Source: Catajapyx aquilonaris (taxonomy: Eukaryota). Taken from it: a stretch of 64,000 bases of DNA. The position numbers and the translations under genes were made by a program. Positions 25,188-37,268 of this stretch are shown in pieces (positions within the stretch are counted from its first letter, which is position 1; every line of letters begins with the position of its first letter). The stretch is from the NCBI GenBank assembly GCA_000934665.2, contig KZ539116.1, positions 1 through 64,000 on the forward strand, read 5' to 3'. The notes below the pieces were generated by a model. That model ran no database searches and was not told the origin of the DNA. It saw only the letters and a program-made list of their open reading frames with translations.

Positions 25188-25232
25188 CCAGATGCGGTTG
25201 CATGGGCTTTGAAAGGCCTGTGGCCAAAATCC
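25188..25232 (-). CDS. Dbx: Candidate 45-nt Dbx exon (GILATGLSKPMQPHL), phase 1-1
   Basis: Pyrimidine-rich acceptor ctctgttttcattgcggctccag| and donor G|gtaaaa. Frame-preserving between the flanking phase-1 exons. No homology support that I can recognise. Confidence 0.4.
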
Positions 25233-25633
25233 CTGGAGCCGCAATGAAAACAGAGGGTGCATTAGGTAAGGGGAGGAGCAGGGAGGGGTGTGGGGGGAAC
25301 CATGAAGAATGAATAAGGGCCAAGCAAGGATGAGCGACCGATCCTAACTCCCAGGGCGAACATTCGATGCTCTTTTTTATTGGGAGCTGGCTTGCCAAAA
25401 GGGACATAGCTCCCCCCATTGACCCTTAGGCCCTCCGCACCCTTTTTCTCTTTCTGCCCAATTTCTTCCACGTGAGAAGGTCAATTTGGCTCTAAAGATG
25501 CCCATCCCTTCGTCCCTTGTTAATATCAACATTACTCGGAGAGATTATATAGAAGGCGTGGGCTTTAAGGGCCAAAAAAGCAGGGTTGACAAAGAAGACA
25601 TCGACAGCGACGGAATGTTAAAAATGACTGTAC

Positions 25634-26306
25634 CTCCATTGATGGATGATGAAGAGCAGAGAGGAGACGCACTCCCTGTCCTGGTGTCATCAGTCCCCAA
25701 GATGGCACTGACGCTGAACTTGAGCACTTGCTTGCTCCCCTGGCTCTTCTTGGCGTCCATTAGTAGCTGAGGTCCAGCAGACACGGAAGTACCGGAGCCA
25801 ATACCAGGAAAAGAGTGATGCGGAGGCCTGCAGTCCACGCAAGCAGCGCAAGTCAAGCAAGACTCCGGAGAAGAGGTAGCAGAGTAAAACATGGGTTTGG
25901 TGGGCTCATCCTCCATGCCACTCCCCTGCTGCTGATCTGGATGGTGATGATGGTGGTGATGGTGATGGTGAAGCCTTCCGGAAGGGCTGTACCCGGCGGC
26001 AGAGATGAATCTGGAGCCTGGGTTGTCCGGATGATGGTGATTGGTGCTGTTAGGAGTAGAAGGTGACGAAGAAGGTGGCGGTGGCCGCTTCCCACCGGAG
26101 GATTCCACCAGGGAGTAAGAAGCTGTGATGCCCAAGGTGAGGGATGCCGTGGCCGTACCCACGTGGTGATGGTTTCCGTGATGGTGGTGATGGTGGTGGT
26201 GGTGGTGATGATGGCCGTCCTCTTGAGTCTGCCCCTGGACAGTGGGCCTCAGCACGAGGCCTTCCAGAGGGGTTTTTCCCAGTAGTCCCAATGCTGGCGG
26301 CGTCAC
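25634..26306 (-). CDS. Dbx: Dbx coding exon 2 (poly-His tracts, CxxCxxCxxC, eh1 motif LKFSVSAILG)
   Basis: Long open frame. Acceptor ccgttcttcag|GTG; phase-1 donor GGA G|gtacag. LKFSVSAILG matches the DBX1 LKFGVNAILS eh1 motif. Confidence 0.85.
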
Positions 26307-26707
26307 CTGAAGAACGGGACATATTGTCGTGGCTCAAAATGGCGTCTGCCAAAAGATATACGGCCGCAAGAAAACAACACAATCTGGGTCGTTCCACCAT
26401 GTTACGCAGCTTTCATGCGTAATATTATCTGCTCATATTCAATGAATAAAAATTATATTCACATCTCAACTTTGTCACGTCTTTTACGATGGAATGACCC
26501 AGTTCTAATCTGGCAGCCACGATGAGATTAAACTACGTACCCTCGTCTTCTCTAACCTTGAGGGTCACTACAGAAGGCAGGCCTGAAGATGGCTTCTGGT
26601 TTCACCTGTGAAAGCAAGGCCACTGGCTGCCAGTTTCTCACTTTGTGTTGCTTTCACACATGTCGCACTTTTTTTGAAGTACAAACGCTTAGAAAAGCAA
26701 TCAAGAC

Positions 26708-26863
26708 CTTAGCTGGTATGGGGCAGGCCAGAAACGTGGGTTCCCTGTCTCGAAGCAAGTTGTCCATGAGGAAAGGAGATGGTGCGCTGTGTCCGCCATG
26801 TGATGCCAAGCCCTTCAGCATGCTCTGGTACATTGGGCCCGTGCCCATCACGTTGGGAAACAT
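26708..26863 (-). CDS. Dbx: Dbx homeobox protein, coding exon 1 (MFPNVMGTGPMYQSMLK...SPFLMDNLLR...PIPAK)
   Basis: The N-terminus resembles vertebrate DBX1 (MMFPGLL...YPSLLR; SSFLVEDLIR), including the eh1-like FLMDNLL. ATG at 26863; an in-frame upstream ATG at 26947 is also possible. The phase-0 donor AAG|GTCTTG is weak but matches the phase-0 acceptor of the next exon. An upstream acceptor tttattttcattgtag at ~26965 suggests a 5'UTR intron. Confidence 0.75.
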
Positions 26864-27057
26864 AGGAAGCCAAGAACACCACCACCTTCTAATATCCTCC
26901 ACCTCCTCCTTCCAGGTCTTCTTCTTCGCGTACGTTCGCACCTGCATCCATCACATGGTGTCCGCTACAATGAAAATAAAGCACCTCAACATGTAGTCAC
27001 TGTGGACTATATTCATCGCTCTTTCTACTAGTACATTAGAAAATTATCCGAACCATA

Positions 27058-27497
27058 CAGGGTGACTGTAAACTCGCGCCAAATCGCCAGGTAGACTGAT
27101 AGTAGGCCTAAAACTAATATAGGAATGTGCAATTAGTTTTGGGCGCCGTTTAGTAGTTAATGTGTACAGCGCCGTCAAAGTTTCGTGACGTCATGTCCGT
27201 TCCGACAGTTTCAAAGAAGCAAAAGCCAGCTCGGTCCGTAACACATCGTCCATGTGCAATAGGTGATCAAATCCCGTCAAAGCAAGAATCCGGGTACGAC
27301 ACCAGTGCACTTTGTCGTTTTTACCTCATTTTACCATCCGGCCCTCTACACTTTAAAGGCGCCGTACGCATTAACTACGCATTGGCGCCCAAAACTAATT
27401 GCACATCCCTATATTAGTTTACTAGTACTACAGTAGCTATACTACAGTACCTATATGTCTACCTGGCGATTGTCCGCGACTTTCCATTCCCCCTATA
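27058..27497. mobile_element. Degenerate mariner-type MITE with a nested palindromic MITE (27111-27420)
   Basis: Outer arms cagggtgactgtaaactcgcgccaaatcgccaggtagac / gtctacctggcgattgtccgcgac. Inner arms aaactaatataggaatgtgcaattagttttgggcgcc / ggcgcccaaaactaattgcacatccctatattagttt. Confidence 0.78.
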
Positions 27498-27724
27498 TAA
27501 AACTCGAGACGTAACCACCTGCACCATAATGCCGTCCTACATATGAATCCCATTTATCCCTATATACACACCCCAGTGGCGCATTGTGCAGCTTCTTGAT
27601 GAGTATTGACTAATGAGCAGGAGAAAATGATGCAGTGATCCTGGGAAAGACGGGCAGCAGCTGGTTCGTGTCCCGACCCTCGCTCGTCACACACACACAC
27701 GCCCCGCGGGCCCTTCTGTCGCAC

Positions 27725-27753
27725 CCTATACATTGTATATAGGGCTCATTGGA
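27725..27753 (-). promoter_or_regulatory. Candidate Dbx core promoter (CCAAT followed by TATATA)
   Basis: The minus strand reads CCAATGAGCCCTATATACAATG, with GA-repeat and GC-rich sequence around it, about 0.9 kb upstream of the ATG. Motif evidence only. Confidence 0.3.
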
Positions 27754-29990
27754 AAGAAGCCGGCCTGACCCGATATACAGAGGGAGAGAGAGAGAGAGCT
27801 CCCCTTATTCCCCACACACACTCATCGCTGCCTGTCCATTGCAGATGACCAATCAAAAACACTCGCGCACACCCCAACCAGCCCTCATTCTCATGCTGAT
27901 GTCACTCGGACCACCCAGCTTTATTCTTCGCCACCGTTTACACTCCTACAGGGTGGGAGGAGGAAGGGGAGATAAAATATTTTCGGCGTCAGTGGATACA
28001 TCTCAGAAAATATTGCTCTCTGCAGCATGCTCCAGGTCCAAATCTCAGAAATGAAGCTCTGCATCAGCACGTCAAAGAGCCAAGAGTCTTGGGCCAGACT
28101 ATATGGTCGGGACTAATTGCGGCCCGCAATTCCCTTCAGTATGATAATGCAAATGGAGGGGGGGGGGGGTGTAAAGATAATCCGGATGGGGATCCCCCGT
28201 GTCCTTCTGCAGCACTATGCGACGATGATTGCGCATCCCAGATCAGATTTATTTATTACCCTGGAGGTCCTTCAGACGACCCTTTCTTCACCTCCTGCAT
28301 GCTCAACTTCACATTTCGCCTAAGATTCATTGCTCTTCAAACCTGACGTGACTTCGCTCCAAGCTTCATTTCCTGTATCTTATACCTAATTCGCGTATAA
28401 GGTGGTTTGTCTCACAGTCACCGCCGTTTTTTTGTATTGTGGCGGGAAGCCGGGAAGTTTAACATGTTTTATGAGCGGTTCGTGTGGTACTGTGATGTTA
28501 CAGGATGAAATATGGAAATGCATGCGAATAGTCGGATCTTCCGATTCCTCTGAGTTGGAGTTGCTGTATTAACTCTTATCTTTTAATATTGCCATTAGTA
28601 AGCAAGGTTTGGGTTTCCTCTTTTGTGAACTTTCCCGTATAGTTTATCAAGGAGACTGCAACCTATTCTCCGCACGCTGGAATAAAACATACGATTTGAT
28701 CATTACATGGTATACCGGTAGCGTATTTTTTTCTGCATATATGTTGCTTATGTCCCTGTTAAATGGTCAGATGCAAAAAAAAACATCCTAAAAGAGACCG
28801 TTTCCTTGCCGCAATATTTCATTTTATATTATTTAACATGTAAGTTATACTTGACCACGCATATTAGGCTGCTGGACAGTGGATACGATCATTCCCACTT
28901 TCATATAGTTTGGAAAATGCAGACATTGTTGTTATGTGATTATGATTTTATGGTCCTCGACTTTATTAAGTACAAAATATGTACTGAGTGTTCCAATGGC
29001 TATATAATGCTGGAATTGCAATGTCTTAATCAACATTCCGAGCCTCAATTTCTTACACATTCTAATCCCAAAGGTATAAGAATTATTAATTGGGTTTTCT
29101 AGCTGGAATGTTCTTCTATATATAGTGGTTAGCAGGTTTTTGGCACTAAGCTGCTTGTTATTAAGCAGTAACTGTTGCATATAAGATATGTTTAGTTACA
29201 CTTTTCATGGTTATATCAAAAGGATTCGCTACTATAATATGCACGGATGCTTTTTAAAGCCTGCGAAAGGGGTCTGGCCTGCAAAAAACGGGTTCTATAT
29301 CATTGACGTTCGATGCCAATATATTGTTCCGATGTAAATAGGAAATCCATTTAAATCCACAGCTTGAATAGACGATTCAATTCCGTTGGACTAATATTAG
29401 CGGCTAATAATTTTCATTACCACGAAAAGTAACTCTGAAATGGTATTTTCTTAAAAATTAGAGGTTTAGTACCGAAGAATCTCTAATCTCTAAAAGGACA
29501 TTTCAATTGGACCACTCTGTATACGAAAGTTATTTTATAACCACGGTGATATAACCTTTCCCAGAGGAGGAAACCTATACTCCATACAAGCACCTTCTGT
29601 TATAAGTTTACATGCGTTATAAAATATGCATTGCGTTTAGCCCGCCTCAATAAGGGTCACATACGCGTCGATTTCATGTTTTTCCCCAACAGCTCGTTTG
29701 CGAGATGTAACAATGAAAACCGTATTATTATGCGCCGTAATTAGGGAGAATACTATATCCTATATACAGTAAAAGGAAATTAATTATTTCGTAAAGTGAC
29801 AGAAATTGCGCGTATATAATACATGTATTTCTTATATAGGAACATGTAACATAATATAATCTTAAATGTTTCATCATAATTATTGTACAACTCCTGCTGC
29901 AGTGCCGACTATAGGTTAACACGATAAACAATACGGTTATGGCTATATAAAAGGTATTAAAAGCCAAGTTTTGATATATATTACTATGTT

Positions 29991-30022
29991 AGAGAGGATG
30001 ACTGCGTGCAGTCATCCTCTCT
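29991..30022. repeat. Perfect 15-bp inverted repeat
   Basis: agagaggatgactgc-gt-gcagtcatcctctct, flanked on both sides by tatgtt. Confidence 0.85.
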
Positions 30023-33000
30023 TATGTTCTTAAAATATCAGAAATCATTTCATGTTTGAAACTCCTGGATAGCGTATAACGTTCTCTTATACTTGTAGTA
30101 TACATCTCTCTATGATTTGATCTCCTCGTAGACGTTTGCTTTCACCATTTTTCCTTGCGCTCATTACAATAAATTATCGCACAACGCCGGACATATATGC
30201 TCACAGTATGCTATACCTTAATCAAAAGCAGTAAGTAATGCAAAAAATTTCTCTATATATTCATTGATCGCTACATACGGAAGGCCCTTTCTTGTGTGTA
30301 AGGCTCTTCACTGACCAAATATTTGCGCCAAAATTTTTAAAAATTACGCAACAAGATACAGCGTGTAAGTTAATTGTAATCATGTATACACTTCGCACAG
30401 TAATCCAGTAAGTTCAATTTTATAGGTAAGAATTATTGCAATACTTACACAATAAAATTCCGAAGTGTATACATTACAGAATAATCGAAATATTTACCAT
30501 GCATAATGTAGATGACGAATACATTCCCAATATGTACACAATAATTTTGCAACGCGGTTTCTTTCGTCCAGAAGATGATGAAATTACTGATAAATGATGC
30601 GTTACCATACACTCTCAATTGACACGCAAACTGGACCACATATAAACACTTCCATCACTGACCTAGCCAGCAGACTTAGCAATCACAGTATTCCCTGTTC
30701 AATAAGATGAATAATCGAAATCTATATATGTAGTCAGTGACAATAACTTCCTCATCATCTTAAAAACACTGAGAGCTCTGACGAAAATAACACTTTCAAA
30801 AATAATCGACGGTTCTGATGCAAGTTAATAATTCTAATAACTTACTTCATTTTAGCTTATGATGCATTCAGTAGATTACACTTCTCACAGAGAACGAGCA
30901 AATAATTTGGTAAAACATACGTTCGACGCACAACTATTACCATCTCTTCAACGCCAATAAATGCAGTTTAGAGCTAAAATGGTTTAAAACATTCGTTATT
31001 AAACGCGGAGTCTAAGAAATTGCTAAATATTAGTAACGATCAATCACTACATGCTCAAACACGCCGAGTCGTGTGCAGGACACGTGGAGCACCCCCATTC
31101 GACCAGATCTAACCACTTAACACTACAACTGACCGTGGATAGGAGTGAGCTGATGGTGATCTGGTAGCACGTGGCCGGTTGAAAACAGCACCAAACACGC
31201 ACCGTATACTGTTAGGCACACACATGCGGGAGGTGCAAGCAGAACATGTCGGATGTGCAATGTGCAGTGAGGGAAGATTCAGAAAACCTAGAGCTTGCTT
31301 CTCTCTGCTGGTTTGCGTTGGGGGTACCCGTGGGTGGTGGGTGGATGGGGAGTAGAGGGGTAAGGTGGGTGGGCTTGGGAGGCATCGATTGGCCCTGGCC
31401 ACCTCCCCTTGCCCATGTCAAACCAATCGGCTCCTTTGCGCCCCATTCGACTACCTCCTCCGCCATTGGTCCCTCTTCCTCTCTCGGCATCTCTGCCGAC
31501 AACTTTTTACCCACCGCCACGCCCTTCCTCCAACTAACACACACACACATATCCTACCATACATACACACGCTGCCATATTCTCACGCAGACCCAATATT
31601 TGTGTATACTTAAGATGCCATCAAAGGAGATGTCATGCATGTGTCATGGAAGAAAGCACTTTTGAACTTAGCTCATGGTATAGGGGGTGCGTGCTGAAGT
31701 CTTTATAGAGTGGGTCTTGAGTGTCTATAGTGTGGTCTAGTGGGTGTAAGGAGACGCGGTCTCCATTGGAATCGGTCTGGGATTCGATTGCCTGCTGCCT
31801 TAGGCACTTGCAGGCAGCTGCTGGAATGGGTCCTGCCAAAAATAGGTCGTAGGATAATGTGTCGAGAGCGTGGTGGTCAACATTTCAAATAGAAACAGTG
31901 AGTCTTCAGGGCAGGGATGCCGTCGCGTCGGTGTGTCCGATGAAATGATAATAATCAACTGGTAACTTTTCAGGTGCTATCCATATTCACGAAAATGATG
32001 GAAACGTCAGGGTTTGGATAATTATTAGCCTACAGTGTTTGACCAATAATCACAGTGTCAATTATGCAGTATGTATAAAAGTGGTCAATTCGAGTCATGG
32101 GCACTTGGGGATATCCTTGACCTATACAAATATTTTACGACCAAAATACTCGCATCATCAGGACTATTGTGCGGAGGTGATTGAGTTTTGGTATAACGTA
32201 CTCTTGCCAATTAGACCTAATTGGGACTTGCTATATACACATATTAACTCGGTTTGCAATTGGTTAATGCAGAGCTACGAGCCAAATACTTTTCGCTCTC
32301 AATGGTACGCGTTACCATTGAGAGCGAAAAGTCTATACCTTACCTTGCTGGTTAGAACCTTCAGGTATATATCGCGGGCAATAACTGAGTGGTGCAAATA
32401 CCAGGATATTCCTTAGCATTTGCGTGATTACGTCACAAAACTAATTGTCGCACATGATGATATATAGAGCATTTTGGTCTGGATATAAGGTCGGAATCGC
32501 CCTTACATGTGAAGTGTATACCGGTATATTTATTGACCACCATCATGCATTAAAATACGCCGCAAGCATCGCACAGAGCCTGAGGGTGTCTTGCTTTCAA
32601 TCCCCAGGGAACATTAGGCATAGTCTACTGGTTGGCTTTCAGGTGAACCAGTTCCAATATAATGATACACCGCTGATGAGATTGAAATCTTGCATCGTAT
32701 ATTAGATTCTAAGCAAACTGAGCTATCATTTTATTGTTAGAAGGGGTGAATTTGCCAAACATCACTTTTTTATTCACACTTCTCATAATTATATGATAAG
32801 TAGCCCTATTATAATATAAAGAGAGGGGTTCAGCACAAAATAATATTCTAAGACAGCTGTTCCTGCAATATTCTTTGCCACAGCTTTACACTATATATTC
32901 TTATAGGAAGCTTTATTCGGTCTTCTTGGCCCATGCAGCGGACTCACGGTCCACATACAGATACGCAAAACAGTTTGAAATATAGTGAGGAGTACCACCA

Positions 33001-33035
33001 GAGAGCAATAGCATTTTATCATCATGAAATAAATA

Positions 33036-33331
33036 CCGAATGTTTCATAACTTAGCTCACATCTGTATTATACGTAGCCCTATATCGGGGGGGATCTCGC
33101 AGACGCGCGCTAATGCCCATTCCTCCTGTCACGCCCCTTCAATGTTGGCAGTGAGTTACACTCATTGTTGGAAAGCCCATTTAATGGGCTTCGCAACGGT
33201 GTGTGTGATTCCACTAAAAACCACTATGAGAAGGTGCGGTCATATAATAAGGACGAGTGAAAAATAATTATGAGTGCGGTACGCGAGATTTTTCCGGTAT
33301 GCGGATGTGAGCTAACTAATGAAACACACGG
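33036..33331. mobile_element. Tc1/mariner-type MITE
   Basis: TA|ccgaatgtttcataacttagctcacatc...gatgtgagctaactaatgaaacacacgg|TA. Confidence 0.72.
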
Positions 33332-33357
33332 TATAGCAAAACCTGTCCAGGTATAGT

Positions 33358-33612
33358 GTCACGATGGTGTAGTGGTTAGCGCAATAGCCATTCCACCTCG
33401 GAGGTCCGACGAGTTCGGTCTCCGGGTGGGGCAGAGGACTTGATCTCACGCGACAGGAGTTTCAATGAGTTGCCTCCGTGTTCGCGTGGGTTTTCTCGGG
33501 ATTCTCCCACTTTCTTCCATAATCAAGGAGTATAAATTTATAGATAGGGGTGAACCCTAAAAGAGGACCCCCAAGTGGGGTTCCAGGGTTGGTCTATGAT
33601 GGCAAGGCAACA
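33358..33612 (+). mobile_element. tRNA-derived SINE with a V-domain-like core
   Basis: A box tggtgtagtgg and B-box-like gagttcggtct. Core ctccgtgttcgcgtgggttttctcgggattctcc resembles the V-SINE central domain as I recall it. Confidence 0.68.
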
Positions 33613-36365
33613 AATTGTTTACGGTATTTTACTTACAGGAAGCTGGATTTTCAATGCAGAACTTTGCCGTAGACAGGGGGCACTGAGTTAATATCCTTGA
33701 AGCTCTGCAACCGGATCTCCACATGTCTTAAGGAAGATTGCGATATAACAGCGTGAAAACTCCGAAACAGCTTGAACATTTCAGAACTCATCAAATCGTG
33801 CTGCTCTCTTACTGTGTGTGTGATCATAATATATACGTATAAAATGCTGTTCCACCTACTATACAGTATATTCAGCATATAAGTAAGCATGCTTACTTAT
33901 ACTGTATATAGACCTATATTGTATACCACGGCCTATAGGCCTACAATGAAACTTGAGCAGGTGATGGTGCTATCCATATATGAAAACAGCCTTTCATAAT
34001 TTTGTGAAATGTAAGACATGCACAAGTCAACTCCTGTTTATTTTGACTGAAATGGAACGCCTTCAACTTTCAGGTCCGGTGAGTGAAGGCGACAGGCACA
34101 CTGTGACTGAAATGACTGCATACGGCTACCAATAAAACGGCATCGGACGGCTACACCATGTGGGCTATAGGGTTGTGTGTGAAAAGCAGTTGGCGTGACA
34201 AGATGGCTTCTGCTGGAGACAGTGTTAGGCTCTACCTTAGGGTACTATCCAGGGAAAAGGCTTTGTGCGCAAACAACTCGCAAGAAATCCCTACAAAAAT
34301 GCAATGAGCATATACTTAGAGCAAACACAGACCTGCAATCGAGCGGCCCTCAACCCCATAAATATAATATATATATCTCTGAGGCCAGTTCTTGGAAGTC
34401 CACGTCACACAGCAGTAGGCCTACTAGGCATATGCAGTACTAAGCAAATTATAATTGCGCTGACAGCAGGCCCGTAACCGTGGCGGAAGGCATAGGCAAA
34501 TATAATTAAAAGGAATGTCAGTTATGAGCAAAAGGCAGAGGTGGCTGCGAAAAAGCCCGGGTTACTGCTATACTGCTTTTGAACATGGCTTAACTGCCTG
34601 CAGCACTCGGGTCTTCCACTTCCTTTCGGATCAACACTTCCAAACCATGCGTGTGCCTTCCAGAAACGCACTCCCAATGTGCGCCTGCACTTTATTTTTC
34701 TGCCTCATGAAAAACAAAACTTATAAACCGACTCGCTTTTTTTTCCTGCTCAGCAACAACACCTCGGGCTAAATTATTGAACCGTCCACCAGAATTAGGC
34801 TATTGTTAAAGATTTTTTTATTTTTTATTTTTTGAAAAAAAAAAAAAAAACCATTCCATTTTTGGAAGCGGGGACGTATAATCGCGGTTTTCTTCTCTTG
34901 GCTTGGAGAGAGAGATGAATAAGTCCGTAGCAAGTCTGAAGCAGGAATGAGGACGCTTGTTTTCATGAAGTCTGCATCTGTCACTGTTTGGAACAAACCC
35001 CGCCAGAAAAATCTGACGGGGTTGTTAATTAGACTCGGGCGGCGTTTTCTCAGGGTTAGAAGGAAGAGAAAAAAAAAATTCCATCAAAATGTTGGGAACT
35101 CCTTCTTTTCTTGGGGATAAAACTTGCTCCCGGATAAATGAATTCAGCGCCGCGGGGATTATTATGAATGATGCTCGATATTCAGCTGCTGATTGCTTGA
35201 GGCCAAAGGAAAACTGCACGCCTCTTTTCCTAGCAAAAACACTCCAACTCATATTGCCTGCTCTATATCTGACCCCATTTTCTAAAATGGTAACCCAATC
35301 ATGACTATCGGGCCAGGTCATATGTAATAACTTGGAATTAACATCCAATAGTATAGCCAGGACCTGAATCTCAAAACATGTTGAATTTTCATATACCATA
35401 TCTCCAAACCAGCCTCACAAAGTTTGGCACTGCATGTATAATGAATTGATTTCAAACTGCACGAATCAAGTTGGGCAAAATCAAAAGAAAAAGAGCTGAG
35501 GCCATCCAGGCAGTCTTGCAGGCCCTTGGGTCAAATGAGGTCAATCTTAATTTCCCGGAGGCCTGGAGCAGCAGAGCTCGCCGACTTGGATGGGATGAGA
35601 ATACATTATCCGTGGGGCAGAGCAGAGGATCGAAGTTGGCAAGTACAGTATAGAGTCAGTGGGTTGGGCTACTGAGGGTGGGGGGGAAAGGGGGAAGGAA
35701 AGGAATAAGGAAGGGAAAAGATGGAGCCCCTGAAGGAAAAAGAAGAAGCAAGATTGTGGAGCGAGAATGGTGCCCAGATGGGATTTTTATCGACTCGTGT
35801 GCTGGAAACATCATAAAAAAAAGAAGAAAAAGAGAGTCCGGGCTTTTCTACCCACATGCAATTCCAAAGTCATAAACATGCTGCAGCCATCCAATATATG
35901 CATTGCATACGACCAAGATCTTTTCAACATTTGAAGATGGAATAAAAATAATGTAGCGCGGAGACTGCGATGTATGTAGGGGAAACATGGCGCGTACTTA
36001 GTTCTGTTCGTAAATCCTGGCAGTGCGATCCATGGTTGATATAATGGTAAAATCGCCAGAAGAAAATTTCAAAAGGGACTCCCCTTCCTCTCCAAACCTA
36101 TTTGGGCTCAACCACCGTAAAAGCGGGTGACACACAATGGTATGGGATGGAGGGAGGTGAGAAAGAAATGTATGCAGTGATGCCACGGAGAGAGTGCAGG
36201 GTTTATTCAAGTGGGCGTACCAAGAATGAGACACCTGTACCACAGATGGATTGGGGTATTGTACTATACATACATTCTGGCTCTCCTGACACTTTGATGG
36301 CAACTTTTGTTTCATGGGTAATATGAGACGTCGAATTTTTTTAGCATGAGAGTATTAGCCTAAGT

Positions 36366-36518
36366 CAGGGGGTTCTTAACCTTTTTGGGCCTCCGCAACC
36401 CTTCGTAGACAGTTGGTCCTTGTCGCACCCCCTACACCAGGGGTGATTGATTGATTAAGTTCATTAGACTAAGTCCAGAGGTGCACCTTGCTCGCACCCC
36501 AGGTTAAGAACAGCGCTG
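36366..36518. mobile_element. hAT MITE
   Basis: cagggggttcttaacct...aggttaagaacagcgctg, with perfect 8-bp TSD gcctaagt. Confidence 0.88.
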
Positions 36519-37197
36519 GCCTAAGTGTTAAAAAGGTATAAAGAACAAACGAATGTCACATTTTCCAGTTAATAATAATTCCTAATAATAATCGGTTATA
36601 AGTTATAATGTTAATTAATTACTAACTAATAACTATTAATTAAAAGGTGATGAAGCAGAAAACTTCATTTAATTCCTGGATTACTTTTGTCCCCATTCAC
36701 ATGCTAACATTATCACATCATCCGCCTTGCGGTGTACACTGCATGTAATACATTTTTTGGGGGGTCGTCTATGACGGCCTGCTCAGGTGATCCACAACTA
36801 TCTATCTATCTATGTACTGGACTTTACGTACTGAATATTTTAAAAAGTTATAGAACGGTTCTATTGTAGCTTACGGTACCATCCGTTTTTTTTGTCGATG
36901 TCAAAAGCAAAGGTATATTTTTTTAGATACGAAATTTTGCGCCCCTCAGAATTTTCGACGATTTTCATTATACGATATACCGTATTATATCGTAATGAAA
37001 ATCGAGCTCCCTCCCACTCAGACAGTTCTTACTCCAGTAAATGCAAATGGGTTATCCTATTAACTCTGCACTTCCAGGGGGCTTCACTAAGTAGAAAAGT
37101 TGCAAGTGGGAATGTGCATGAAAATATGATGTTCACATATTGGCCAACTGGGGGGGGGGGNGGCGCCCTGTCCCCCACCCCTTGGATTGACGAAGTG

Positions 37198-37200
37198 ATA

Positions 37201-37268
<68 letters not shown>
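37198..37268. repeat. (ATA)n microsatellite
   Basis: Direct reading of the sequence. Confidence 0.93.
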
